Shown here piece by piece: positions 18,484 through 27,568 of a stretch of 64,000 bases of DNA. The stretch comes from an uncultured Candidatus Saccharibacteria bacterium. GTDB lineage: Bacteria > Patescibacteriota > Doudnabacteria > UBA920. Location: the NCBI GenBank assembly GCA_964612745.1, contig CAZTCH010000007.1:1327-65326 (forward strand). The letters run 5' to 3'. A program made the position numbers and the translations under genes. The notes below the pieces were generated by a model, which was given only the letters and a program-made list of their open reading frames with translations, ran no database searches and was not told the origin of the DNA. How positions within the stretch are numbered: the stretch's first letter is position 1; the number at the start of each line of letters is the position of its first letter.

Positions 18484-21400
18484 CTACACTGCTCACGGCC
18501 AAGACTTCTCCAGCAGCGACTGGTGCTACTGAGTCGTAGATTTCAGCGTAGTCAGCACAATCAAAATCAGAGAATGCTGGGTCAACGTTACACGTGCCAC
18601 GGAACGTACCAGATGTGCGAATGTCACCAGAGACATCGAGTTTGTATGTTGGCGACATGCCAATTCCCATGTTGCCACCATCGGTTAGGGTGAGGAGCGC
18701 AGCACTGTAAGCACTGTTAATGACTTGCAATGAACTATCGCTCATCACACGGATAAATTTAGATACACCAGTACTGTTGTTGTTGTATAATTGTAGGTTT
18801 GTACCATTTGAGCTGTTTGAATCAAGACGGAGACCAGAGGTGTTACTTGCAGTATTTGCTACTACATGTAGTTGTGATACTGGTGCGCTTGTTCCAATAC
18901 CCACAAATCCGCCAATATATGCTCCATAGTTCGTATCTGCTCCTGATTGAGTGTCGACATATAAACCGTATTGCGTGCTGGTGCCAGTAGTATTCATACT
19001 ACCGTTAGCAATATAGATACCGTAGCTGTTTATGGTGCCACCAGTGGTGAGTGTCGCTGCGTTGGCAATGTAATTCCCATACACATTTACTGTAGAGCCG
19101 GTTGTTGAACCGGTTGAACTTGGGGCAAAGTAACCACCAAAGACTTGTGTGGTGCCTCCGGTGTTTGCGCCCGATGTGGAAGGCCCGGAATAAATACCCC
19201 AGACTTGTCTTGTACCAGTGGAAATAGCACCAGTGATGCTAGAGTTAAACAACCCAGCGGTGGTGGTGTCTGCAGTGGTAGAACTCGAAGATACGGTGAA
19301 GTACCCTGCATATGCATTTTTAGCAGCGTTTCCACTGAGTGTTATACCAGAATAAAAGTTGTTGTTGCTATTTGCAACGTTGGTTGAGTCAGTACCCGAA
19401 ATAACTATTCCGTAACTACTAGCAGCTGTGCCCGAGCTATAGTCTGGGTTAAAGCCTGCCAAGTAGCCACCAGTACCAGAAGCACCGACGTCAGAAGTGA
19501 CTCGTAATATACCTGTTCCAGTTATTCCTGTAGAGGTTGGTCCGACAATATTTAGTCCTGCTCCTGTAGTAAGAGAAGAGGTGGTTATTTTTTGTGCGGT
19601 GCCAGTAGTCACTGTTGAAACTAAGTCTAAACCAGCAGTAGCAGCAGCGCTGGAGCCAACTGTAATATTTCCAGTTGTTGTGTCAATAGCAAGGTATGTT
19701 GGGTCAAATGCGCCAGTGGTTCCAGCCCCAAAACCGAATATATTGCTCGTTTGTTTATATCCTAAACCAACCACAGAGCTAGCAGCTCGGATAAAAGAAA
19801 TGTGTGAGCCTGTGTGTCCAGTGGCTGCTTTTACTATTTGGATGGCACCGTAGTTAGAACTATCGCTTCCTCCATCTTCTATGGTTAATTTTGCAGGAGG
19901 TGTGGTGGTTCCAATACCGACATTTCCTGCTGCTACTAGCAACCCGTAGTTAGCAGTAGTAGCGCCAGAAGCAGAAAGGTACGCTGCTACGTTTGTACCA
20001 GATGTTACGTTTGTATTAGTTACTGTGGAGTAGAGGCCGTATGCTGTGTGGCCTGTGCTACCATTTGCGCCGGTTCTTGCGAGGTTGAGTAGGGTGGAGC
20101 TTCCGGATATGCCGCCAGCAGTAGAGCTTGATGAGATTGCAGTGAGGTTTCCAGTGCTCAGTGATGTACTAGAGATGTCTACGCCATTACCAGAGGTGAG
20201 GGAGTTGGCAGCGATTTGCACGCCAGCAGAAGCGCCGGTGCCATTGGTTACTGTAGGTTGGAAAATATTGTTTGCAGTAAATGTATTTGCAGCATTTTTG
20301 TATGCCACATTACTGAGTGTCCCTGCTGTGTTAATACTTGCTCCACCAAGTTGTAGAGCTGATGTTGCGTTGATGGTTGCAGAAGTAACACTGGTGGTTA
20401 CGGTTATGGCTGTTGACCACGCTGGTGCGACGCCGACACCTCCAGAAACAAGCACTGAGCCTGTGGCTACCCCTGCAAGTTTTGATAACGCAGAAGATGA
20501 AGATGCATAGAGTATGTCTCCAGTAGTGTAGCTGCTTTGTCCTGTACCGCCATGGTTTGCAGCGAGCGCTGTTGCATCTACAGACCATGTGCCACCTGTT
20601 ATATAGGGGACACCAGTAGAACCAGAGGTGTTAATTCCAGTGCCACCATAAGTAGAAGAAATGGCAGTGCCGTTCCAAGTGCCGCTGGAAATGGTACCAA
20701 CTGTGGTAATAGAGCTAAGGTTGCCCGTAGTAATAAGTGTGCCAGACGCGTCTGGGACGGTCATTGTTCTGTCTGCAGAAAGGTCGGTTACATCAAATAT
20801 TCCGTAGAAAGCACCACCGGCACTTTCTAGTATTTTTAGTTCTGATGCAGCGTTGTTGAGTGTGATATCGAACGCACCAGTTTGACTCCAGTCGGCGGAA
20901 AGTGCACCAAGTGCAAGTGTTAGTGCAGCACCTTCGGAACCGCCATTACCCCCAGAAATACCAGAGCCATTGGTAATACTTGTCACATAGTTGCCAGTTG
21001 TATGTGTGCCAAGTGTGATTAAGTCTGTGAGTGATGTTGCGCCAGTGCCACCATTACCTACTGCGAGTGTGCCAGCTACTTCCGCAGTGCCGAGATCGAC
21101 TGCGGTGGTGGTGGAACCACTTCCAGTGAAGAGGGAGGCGGTTAAGGTGTCGGATACATAGGCATCGGTAAGCGCAGTGCCATTCCATGTACCAGAAGTA
21201 ATTACACCAGTGTTTGCCGTGATAACTAATCCATTGTAAGAGGTGGCACCTGTAACAGCACCCGTCAGACCAAGGGTGGTAAATGACCCACCAGCAGTAC
21301 ACGCAAATGCACCAGTAGAGTTAGTAACAGTACAACCAGTGGAACCAGACCCGCCACCAAGAAGCACATCGCCAGTAGATGATGCGCCAATGCTCACTGT

Positions 21401-24400
21401 ACCACTTCCTTTTGCGTCAATGGTTATGTTTTCGTTTGTTCCCGAAGATATGGCTGCAAGAGCAACTCCACCAGCGGCAGCGGCAGAAGTAATCTTAAGT
21501 CCAGTTGCAGCAGATGCAGTAACTGTGTCTACTTGCAGTGCATAGTTAGTACCTGCTTTGGCTACGGTTAAAGCAGTTGCAGAGCTCACTGTTGTAGTAG
21601 TGACACCGGTGTTGGTTATGCCAACCACAGCGGCAATCGCACCAGAAGAGTTTACTTGGAAGAGGTCGCCAGAACCTACGGTTAATGCAGATGCAGGGGA
21701 GTTATCACCAATACCCACATTGCCACCAGTTGTGATGCGTAAGTCAGAGGTAGTACCGCCACCAGAAAGGCTAAGTCCTCCTGTGGCTGCTGATATGGCA
21801 AATTCTGAGCTGGATTGAATTGCAATACCTGCTCCACCGGTTGGGAACAGAGTTGCACTTACGAGCCTAGGGGTAAGTGTTATTGCTTGTGAATGGGCGC
21901 CAGTTGCTTTTATACGAACTTGTCCATCTGACGTATTATCTACTGCAAAGATGCTGTCTCCAGAGTTATATACATCCAAAAGTGCTGTTGGTGCTGTTGT
22001 CCCAATGCCTACGTTTCCACCCGCAAAGATTGCAGCGTAGTTTGTGTCTGCTCCGGTAGGGGACTCCACATAGAGACCTGTGTTGGTAGAAGTACCATCT
22101 GTGTCATATGTACCGTTTGCAATGTATAAACCGTATCCATTTACAGTTCCACCAGCACCAACGTCCGCAGAAGGTTTTACATATGCTCCGTATACATTTG
22201 TAGTGCCACCGGTAGACTCTGCACCAGCTGTTGGTTGTAATCTTGCACCGTACACATTTCTTGTTCCAGAAGTGATAATACCAGTGGCGGTAGATGCAAT
22301 ATCAATTCCAACTGCTGTATCTGCAGTGGTAGAAGAAGTACTTATGTTTAAATACTGACCAATTCCAGTTTTAGCAGCGTTGCCACTGAGTGCGATATCG
22401 GAGTAGTTACCATAGACTGTGTTTGCGAGTGCGGTGGCGTCGGTAACAGTGTTGTATATGCTATACGCTGTATCTGCGTTTGTAGTATTAGCGTTGGCAA
22501 ATGAGTTGTAGAGCCCATATGCAGTGCCAGAAGCAGTAGAAGTAGTGGTTGTTCCGGTGAACTTTGCCAATGCTTTTCCGTTAGCGATTGTTGCATTTAC
22601 AACGTCTAACTTTGCGTCTGGGGAGGTGTTGTTGATACCGACATTACCACCTGAAGATATATCAAACAATACAGTTCCTGAGCTGTTTTGGGCTTGGAAA
22701 AGATCAGATGTTTGTGAACCATTACCTTTAGCAACCACAGGGATGACCCGGGCTGATCCTGATTCAAAGAAGCCGGCATAACCCACAGGTGCGCTCGCTG
22801 TGGTAGAAGCAGTGGAGTAAATTCCATAAGGGGTTCCACCGTTTGTTCCTGCGGTGTTTCTAGTTTGCGTTGCCGAGAATCTACCCGCGGTAATATCATA
22901 ATTGTCGAACCCGGAGCTTAAGGTTGCTGTGAGTCCTCTCATTGAGCTATTGGCGAATGTGGTTGAAGCGTCTGTGTTCGTAAAGCTTATTCCATTTGAT
23001 TGCCCACTGGTAAATGAGGCATTTATTAGATTTCCTACTCCTGCACCTTTGGTGATGCTAATAACGTCAGAATTTGTTCCGTGACTAATTGATATTGCAG
23101 GTTGTGCTGTTGTGGTTTCGGTAATTGCCAACTTACCTGTTGGTGATGTTGCACCAACCCCCACGTTGCCATTTTCAAATATCGCAGCGTAGTTGTTGGT
23201 GGCACCAGTTGCAGTTGCGTATAAACCAACATTCGTAGTAGCTGCACCAGTGTTGCTAAAGTATCCAGCGTAGTCAGTGCCAGATGTCGCTCCTGTTTGA
23301 GAAACATTCAATGTTTTGTTTGCGCTACCTGTTGCGGAAGAGGCTAAGGTGGCTATGTCTCCACTGTTTCCAGATATAGAAATGACATCATTTGAAGTTG
23401 TTGGCTGCAAAGTCGTGCCAGTTCTAGACCAGTAACCCAAAGCACCGCTCGTTGGAGCGGTAGAGGTAAGGTTTTTAGATCCGTCGGTGTACACAATTCC
23501 TGAAGCGCTTAACCCCGAGAAGTTAATTGTTCCAGAAGAAGTAATACCAGTTGCAGCAGCAATTGCACCAGAAGAGTTTACTTGGAAGAGGTCGCCAGAG
23601 CCTACGGTTAAAGCAGCAGCAGGGGAGGTGTCGCCAATGCCGAGCCCTGTTGCATTTACTGTAACCCTGTCAGAGTTACCTGTTCTTAAATAAATTGGTT
23701 GCCCTGAAGCAGCGTTTAGGATGGTTACCCCACCAGAGCTTTGGTTGAGTGCCGAGTTAGCTGCTGATTCTGCTAAAGTTCCGTTTTGGAATGAAATATA
23801 TGAATTATCCCATGTTGGTGGTCCAACAATTCCACGCACAGTCCCTGAACTGGTAAAGTTCATCGCTCCTTCTACTGTTAACGCTTTTGTTGGTGTGGCA
23901 ATACCAATACCAACGCTACCATTCATAAATGCGGCGGCGTATTCGGTGCCAGCGCCGGTGCCAGCATCTACGTAGAGGCCGTATGCAGTAGATGAGGCGT
24001 CGTTGTTGGCGATTGTAATGTGGTCGCCGTATACGGTGTGCGACTGGCCAGCATCTGTGTCTACTGTTACGGTTGTTTTATTGCCATATACAGTTAGTCC
24101 TGCTGCTGCGTCTTGTACGGTGCCGGTAAGTGCCATGCCTAGTACTGCGGTGTCCGTAATAGTGTTGCTCGTTACTTGAATTGTTCCTGCGGTTTGTGTG
24201 GAGCCGGAAGAACTAATAACTATTCCTTGTATGTCTGCGGTCGCAGAGTTAGAAATGGTGAGTGAATCCCCAGCAGTGTCTGGTGCGATTGTTGTTTTGC
24301 CGTCGCTGTCTACGTCGAAGTCTGCAAGGTCAATGTTGCCGTCGCCGTTTAAGCTGTTGGCCACAAAAGCAAATGGAGCGGCTACAAATTGCTTGCGAGG

Positions 24401-24823
24401 AGACATTTCTCCGTCGTAGCTTGTGCCAGTTGGAGCAAAGTTTACAGAGAGGTACAGGCTGCCGGTGGTAAAGTCTACTCCGGTCAGTGCGTTACATGAG
24501 CCTAGTTTTGCATTGAACACAGCATTGGTCACAACCAGCTTTGCGCAGTCGCCACTTGCTTGGTCAAAAGTTTCTGTCCAGAGCAGGGACCCACTGGTTA
24601 GTGCGTCGTATAGTTTAAATTCAAAAGCGTAGCTGCCATTTGCAACGTTGGTGCCATCACTCGTTTTCGTAAGTTTTCCTTGGAAGTTTACAATTTTAGG
24701 GATTGTAGCACTCGCTTGCTGTGGGTTTGCGGCAAAAGAACTGAACACAACACAAACCAAAGTAACGTACACGAGGGTACGTCTCAGGTTTTTTACCTTA
24801 GTTAAAAAGATATTTTGGTTCAC
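18461..24823 (-). CDS. Giant secreted repetitive surface protein, Gly/Thr/Ser/Ala-rich with beta-helix / tail-fiber-like repeats
   Basis: 2120 aa. The N-terminal signal peptide is LVYVTLVCVVFSSFAANPQQASA. The motif NYAAIF-GGNVGIGTT-P--KL-V recurs at least 8 times. Apparent GTG start. All plus-strand ORFs inside this span are low-complexity antisense artefacts. Confidence 0.85.
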   Translation of the reverse strand: MNQNIFLTKVKNLRRTLVYVTLVCVVFSSFAANPQQASATIPKIVNFQGKLTKTSDGTNVANGSYAFEFKLYDALTSGSLLWTETFDQASGDCAKLVVTNAVFNAKLGSCNALTGVDFTTGSLYLSVNFAPTGTSYDGEMSPRKQFVAAPFAFVANSLNGDGNIDLADFDVDSDGKTTIAPDTAGDSLTISNSATADIQGIVISSSGSTQTAGTIQVTSNTITDTAVLGMALTGTVQDAAAGLTVYGNKTTVTVDTDAGQSHTVYGDHITIANNDASSTAYGLYVDAGTGAGTEYAAAFMNGSVGIGIATPTKALTVEGAMNFTSSGTVRGIVGPPTWDNSYISFQNGTLAESAANSALNQSSGGVTILNAASGQPIYLRTGNSDRVTVNATGLGIGDTSPAAALTVGSGDLFQVNSSGAIAAATGITSSGTINFSGLSASGIVYTDGSKNLTSTAPTSGALGYWSRTGTTLQPTTSNDVISISGNSGDIATLASSATGSANKTLNVSQTGATSGTDYAGYFSNTGAATTNVGLYATATGATNNYAAIFENGNVGVGATSPTGKLAITETTTAQPAISISHGTNSDVISITKGAGVGNLINASFTSGQSNGISFTNTDASTTFANSSMRGLTATLSSGFDNYDITAGRFSATQTRNTAGTNGGTPYGIYSTASTTASAPVGYAGFFESGSARVIPVVAKGNGSQTSDLFQAQNSSGTVLFDISSGGNVGINNTSPDAKLDVVNATIANGKALAKFTGTTTTSTASGTAYGLYNSFANANTTNADTAYSIYNTVTDATALANTVYGNYSDIALSGNAAKTGIGQYLNISTSSTTADTAVGIDIASTATGIITSGTRNVYGARLQPTAGAESTGGTTNVYGAYVKPSADVGAGGTVNGYGLYIANGTYDTDGTSTNTGLYVESPTGADTNYAAIFAGGNVGIGTTAPTALLDVYNSGDSIFAVDNTSDGQVRIKATGAHSQAITLTPRLVSATLFPTGGAGIAIQSSSEFAISAATGGLSLSGGGTTSDLRITTGGNVGIGDNSPASALTVGSGDLFQVNSSGAIAAVVGITNTGVTTTTVSSATALTVAKAGTNYALQVDTVTASAATGLKITSAAAAGGVALAAISSGTNENITIDAKGSGTVSIGASSTGDVLLGGGSGSTGCTVTNSTGAFACTAGGSFTTLGLTGAVTGATSYNGLVITANTGVITSGTWNGTALTDAYVSDTLTASLFTGSGSTTTAVDLGTAEVAGTLAVGNGGTGATSLTDLITLGTHTTGNYVTSITNGSGISGGNGGSEGAALTLALGALSADWSQTGAFDITLNNAASELKILESAGGAFYGIFDVTDLSADRTMTVPDASGTLITTGNLSSITTVGTISSGTWNGTAISSTYGGTGINTSGSTGVPYITGGTWSVDATALAANHGGTGQSSYTTGDILYASSSSALSKLAGVATGSVLVSGGVGVAPAWSTAITVTTSVTSATINATSALQLGGASINTAGTLSNVAYKNAANTFTANNIFQPTVTNGTGASAGVQIAANSLTSGNGVDISSTSLSTGNLTAISSSSTAGGISGSSTLLNLARTGANGSTGHTAYGLYSTVTNTNVTSGTNVAAYLSASGATTANYGLLVAAGNVGIGTTTPPAKLTIEDGGSDSSNYGAIQIVKAATGHTGSHISFIRAASSVVGLGYKQTSNIFGFGAGTTGAFDPTYLAIDTTTGNITVGSSAAATAGLDLVSTVTTGTAQKITTSSLTTGAGLNIVGPTSTGITGTGILRVTSDVGASGTGGYLAGFNPDYSSGTAASSYGIVISGTDSTNVANSNNNFYSGITLSGNAAKNAYAGYFTVSSSSTTADTTTAGLFNSSITGAISTGTRQVWGIYSGPSTSGANTGGTTQVFGGYFAPSSTGSTTGSTVNVYGNYIANAATLTTGGTINSYGIYIANGSMNTTGTSTQYGLYVDTQSGADTNYGAYIGGFVGIGTSAPVSQLHVVANTASNTSGLRLDSNSSNGTNLQLYNNNSTGVSKFIRVMSDSSLQVINSAYSAALLTLTDGGNMGIGMSPTYKLDVSGDIRTSGTFRGTCNVDPAFSDFDCADYAEIYDSVAPVAAGEVLAVSSVGGESRKI

Positions 24824-24937
24824 GTTGTGTTTTTCTTTTTTTAAACCGAGTAGCGCTATTTTTGCACTTCCTAGTTTTTCCGCTTATTTTTGGCGGTATT
24901 GTCTATTTTTGGACAATATAAAAGCCGCTTAACAGTA

Positions 24938-25138
24938 TTAAGCCGCTGTAATTTGGGTTTCTGTCTGGAAAAGGCTTACTAAGCTTTGCTTGGTAAAACG
25001 ACGATCCCGTCTTGAACCGATACGAATAGCTTCTAGTTTACCCATACGCTCCCAATTTCGGAGAGTGTTGGCGTGAACATGAAGGATCTGACAAGCCTCT
25101 TTGAGGGTTAGAAGCTCAGGAATCTGATTCTCTTGCAT
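24938..25138 (-). CDS. Excisionase/AlpA-family HTH DNA-binding protein
   Basis: MQENQIPELLTLKEACQILHVHANTLRNWERMGKL is the Xis/MerR-like HTH_17 pattern. The ORF-track start is a GTG at 25159; the ATG at 25138 is preferred. Confidence 0.6.
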   Translation of the reverse strand: MQENQIPELLTLKEACQILHVHANTLRNWERMGKLEAIRIGSRRDRRFTKQSLVSLFQTETQITAA

Positions 25139-25156
25139 TGTGTTTTTGTTTTTTAC

Positions 25157-25189
25157 CACAGATGCACAGATTTCTCAGATTACACAGAT
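25157..25189. promoter_or_regulatory. Direct heptamer repeats of CACAGAT (three full copies plus a partial) upstream of the Xis-like gene
   Basis: The sequence cacagatgcacagatttctcagattacacagat was seen directly. It resembles an iteron or operator. Confidence 0.4.
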
Positions 25190-25603
25190 ATTCCTACTAC
25201 TTTTTGGTAGTAAGTTGCATCCGTAGTATCTGTAAATTGGTGTACCGGTGGCTTATTTAATTTTGTTTTAGTTTTGGTTTCTTTTGTAAAGATGTTGTTG
25301 GGTTACAAATTTTGGTAACACAACTTAACAAAACCTGTATTTATAGTACCATAAGTTATAAACAGGGTCAAAGGTTTTTAAATAGATAGAATGTAGCTCA
25401 GAGATTGTTGTGTGTATCCAATTTCCTTTGCACTTAAGCGATTATTATGGTTTACTTGTTTTGGCCGGTGTACAGCTTGTGCGTTCGTTGTGGATAACTA
25501 TTCCGGAAAAGTGGATAACTTGTGAGTATTTTTTGCCAGCTCTGTTCATAGAAACTAAAAAAACCACCGGTTGGTGGTTTTTGGTTGGTCCTGTACCTTT
25601 TTG

Positions 25604-26608
25604 TTAACTGTTTTTTCGTTTTACCGTTTTCTTTATCAGAACATATACTACGATAAAAATAAAGGTACTTAATATGAGGAGGAAGCCTAGTACTAAACTG
25701 AGGAGCTCCCATGGTATAACCCAGAAGCTAGCGGTAGCTTTTGTCTGTTTTTGGGTGGAGTCGCCGTAAGTAAGCGTTAAGTTGGCGGTGTAGCGCCCAA
25801 GTGCAAAGTTGTTAAACTCATGTTTTACTGCGTTCCAAAACCCTTTGGGTGTATTTTCTGGCCTTTGTGCGTCTTTTGCTTGCACTTCTCCTTTTGTGTT
25901 GAGCCAAGAAGCTTCAAACCGGCGGATGGAGCGGGGGAGTACGTTGCTCCCGTCTGGGTTTGCGGTTACTATTTGGCTTGTTCCGCCGAACATGTTGTGT
26001 ATAACAATATCTCCGAGTGGTTTTACCCACGAAGCGCCTTCGTTTTGGAATCTGTAAAAGAAATCCACGGGTAAAGCACGGAAAAAGCGAGCATCTTTTG
26101 TTTTAAACTCCAGAATATCTGCACCTTCAAGGAAATTTCCATTTACTTGGGTAAGTAACAGGGTTCCTACTTGCGCTTCTACTGCGACATCACCAGCATT
26201 TTCTGGGGTTTCGCCTACGGTGCTAGCTAGTGCAGCAGCAAAGTAGCCTCCTGGTTCTGCATTTGCTGGTATGGTCACTGTGAACCCCACCTTTTTTCGC
26301 TCTAGAGGGCCAAACGACAACATGTCTTGGTCTAAAGTTATCCATTGGCTCAAGCCTTTTTTTTCTAAAACAAACTTTGGTTGGCCGCTTTCGTCCTTGC
26401 TTTCGAAATCTGCAATAGAAATTTGGTAGACTCTGGGTTTTCGCGCGTCGTTGTACAGTTCAAATTCACCAGAGATAGTTTGTCCTGGGTTTGCTGCAAG
26501 TTCTAGCCTAATTGGGGAAGCGGTTAACGCTGCTGCTGTCTGGGGAAGGCTAGTGACAAGGAGGATAAGGGTGGTTAGGCCCAGTATTGTTTTGTTTACG
26601 TTCCGCAT
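25604..26608 (-). CDS. DUF916/DUF3324-like cell-surface protein (signal peptide plus a C-terminal TM anchor)
   Basis: Signal peptide, then SPIRLELAANPGQTISGEFELYN (DUF916-like). A C-terminal TM helix is followed by the basic tail KKTVKRKNS. 334 aa. Confidence 0.6.
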   Translation of the reverse strand: MRNVNKTILGLTTLILLVTSLPQTAAALTASPIRLELAANPGQTISGEFELYNDARKPRVYQISIADFESKDESGQPKFVLEKKGLSQWITLDQDMLSFGPLERKKVGFTVTIPANAEPGGYFAAALASTVGETPENAGDVAVEAQVGTLLLTQVNGNFLEGADILEFKTKDARFFRALPVDFFYRFQNEGASWVKPLGDIVIHNMFGGTSQIVTANPDGSNVLPRSIRRFEASWLNTKGEVQAKDAQRPENTPKGFWNAVKHEFNNFALGRYTANLTLTYGDSTQKQTKATASFWVIPWELLSLVLGFLLILSTFIFIVVYVLIKKTVKRKNS

Positions 26609-26609
26609 G

Positions 26610-27530
26610 TTATCGAAGTTCTTGTGAAATTATCCATCTGTTGTACTTCTTTGTACCACTATATAACATAATACCAATAAATATCCCCAAAAGGCTAATT
26701 TTTGCCAAATCTAGTATGGGCCAGACCCAAATAGTGGCTTTTTGCCTTGTTTCCAAGGTGGGATTGTTCGAATAGTAAAGTATGGTTTCCACCGTGTACA
26801 TACCGGCGAGCCATTTTTGTGCCTTGGTGGTAAATGTTTTTTCTTCTGTGGGTAGCAGATGCAATGCGTTTTGGTTAATAGGTAGAGACTCGACTAGTCT
26901 TCCAAATACGTTGTAAATGTTTTGTTTTCCTTTTGGTGTGAGGTGCACGTTTCCAGTGTTTTTGAGTAATACAGACGAAGTGTAAGGTTTGTTAACGAAA
27001 TGGGTATCGTTTTTTGAAGTGGTATTGAGCTGGGGTTTGCTGGCTCCGTAGTCTACAAGCAGCAATGTACCTAATTTCCTTGAGACAACGATCGCATTTT
27101 CCTTTGCATCTTCAAAAGAAAAAAGGATGGCTGCGTAGTGTCCACCAGCTGTCGCGTCTGCCGGTGGGGATATTTCAAATTTTACTGTTGTGCTCCCTTT
27201 GGCGGGAATAATAAATTCTGGCTGCTGGGTAATTTTTACCCAAGAGCTCATGGAGTAGCTGTTGTTTATTTGCTCATTTGTTGCAAGAAATCGTGGTTCT
27301 CCAGCTGGGCCGACTGGGATAAAGTCTTGGATGGCATAACTAAGTGTGTGGTCAGTCGTGTCAGTGTTGAACACGGTAATGGTTTTGGTAATGCTTTGCC
27401 CCGGTTCTACTACCGCGTCAATTAAGAATGGTGAAATAGACAAACTTCCTTCGGAAAGTTGCTCTGCGGCGGACACTGTTCCCATAGAAGCAACAAAAAG
27501 TGCAAAAACGAGAGTAATTAGTTTTTTCAT
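26610..27530 (-). CDS. DUF916/DUF3324-like cell-surface protein, paralog
   Basis: Signal peptide, then SPFLIDAVVEPGQSITKTITVFN, then a C-terminal TM with a basic tail. 306 aa. Its start is coupled to the neighbour's stop. Confidence 0.6.
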   Translation of the reverse strand: MKKLITLVFALFVASMGTVSAAEQLSEGSLSISPFLIDAVVEPGQSITKTITVFNTDTTDHTLSYAIQDFIPVGPAGEPRFLATNEQINNSYSMSSWVKITQQPEFIIPAKGSTTVKFEISPPADATAGGHYAAILFSFEDAKENAIVVSRKLGTLLLVDYGASKPQLNTTSKNDTHFVNKPYTSSVLLKNTGNVHLTPKGKQNIYNVFGRLVESLPINQNALHLLPTEEKTFTTKAQKWLAGMYTVETILYYSNNPTLETRQKATIWVWPILDLAKISLLGIFIGIMLYSGTKKYNRWIISQELR

Positions 27531-27568
27531 GGTTTAGGTACTATTGTCCGATTACGAGGCTGCCGGGG

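Noticed and set aside
18720-24632. Dozens of 60-150-aa plus-strand ORFs inside the giant gene (for example 19497..19853 and 20046..20510)
   Set aside because: They are antisense frames of a low-complexity Gly/Thr/Ala-rich gene and lack starts with RBS. The minus-strand 2120-aa ORF explains the whole region.
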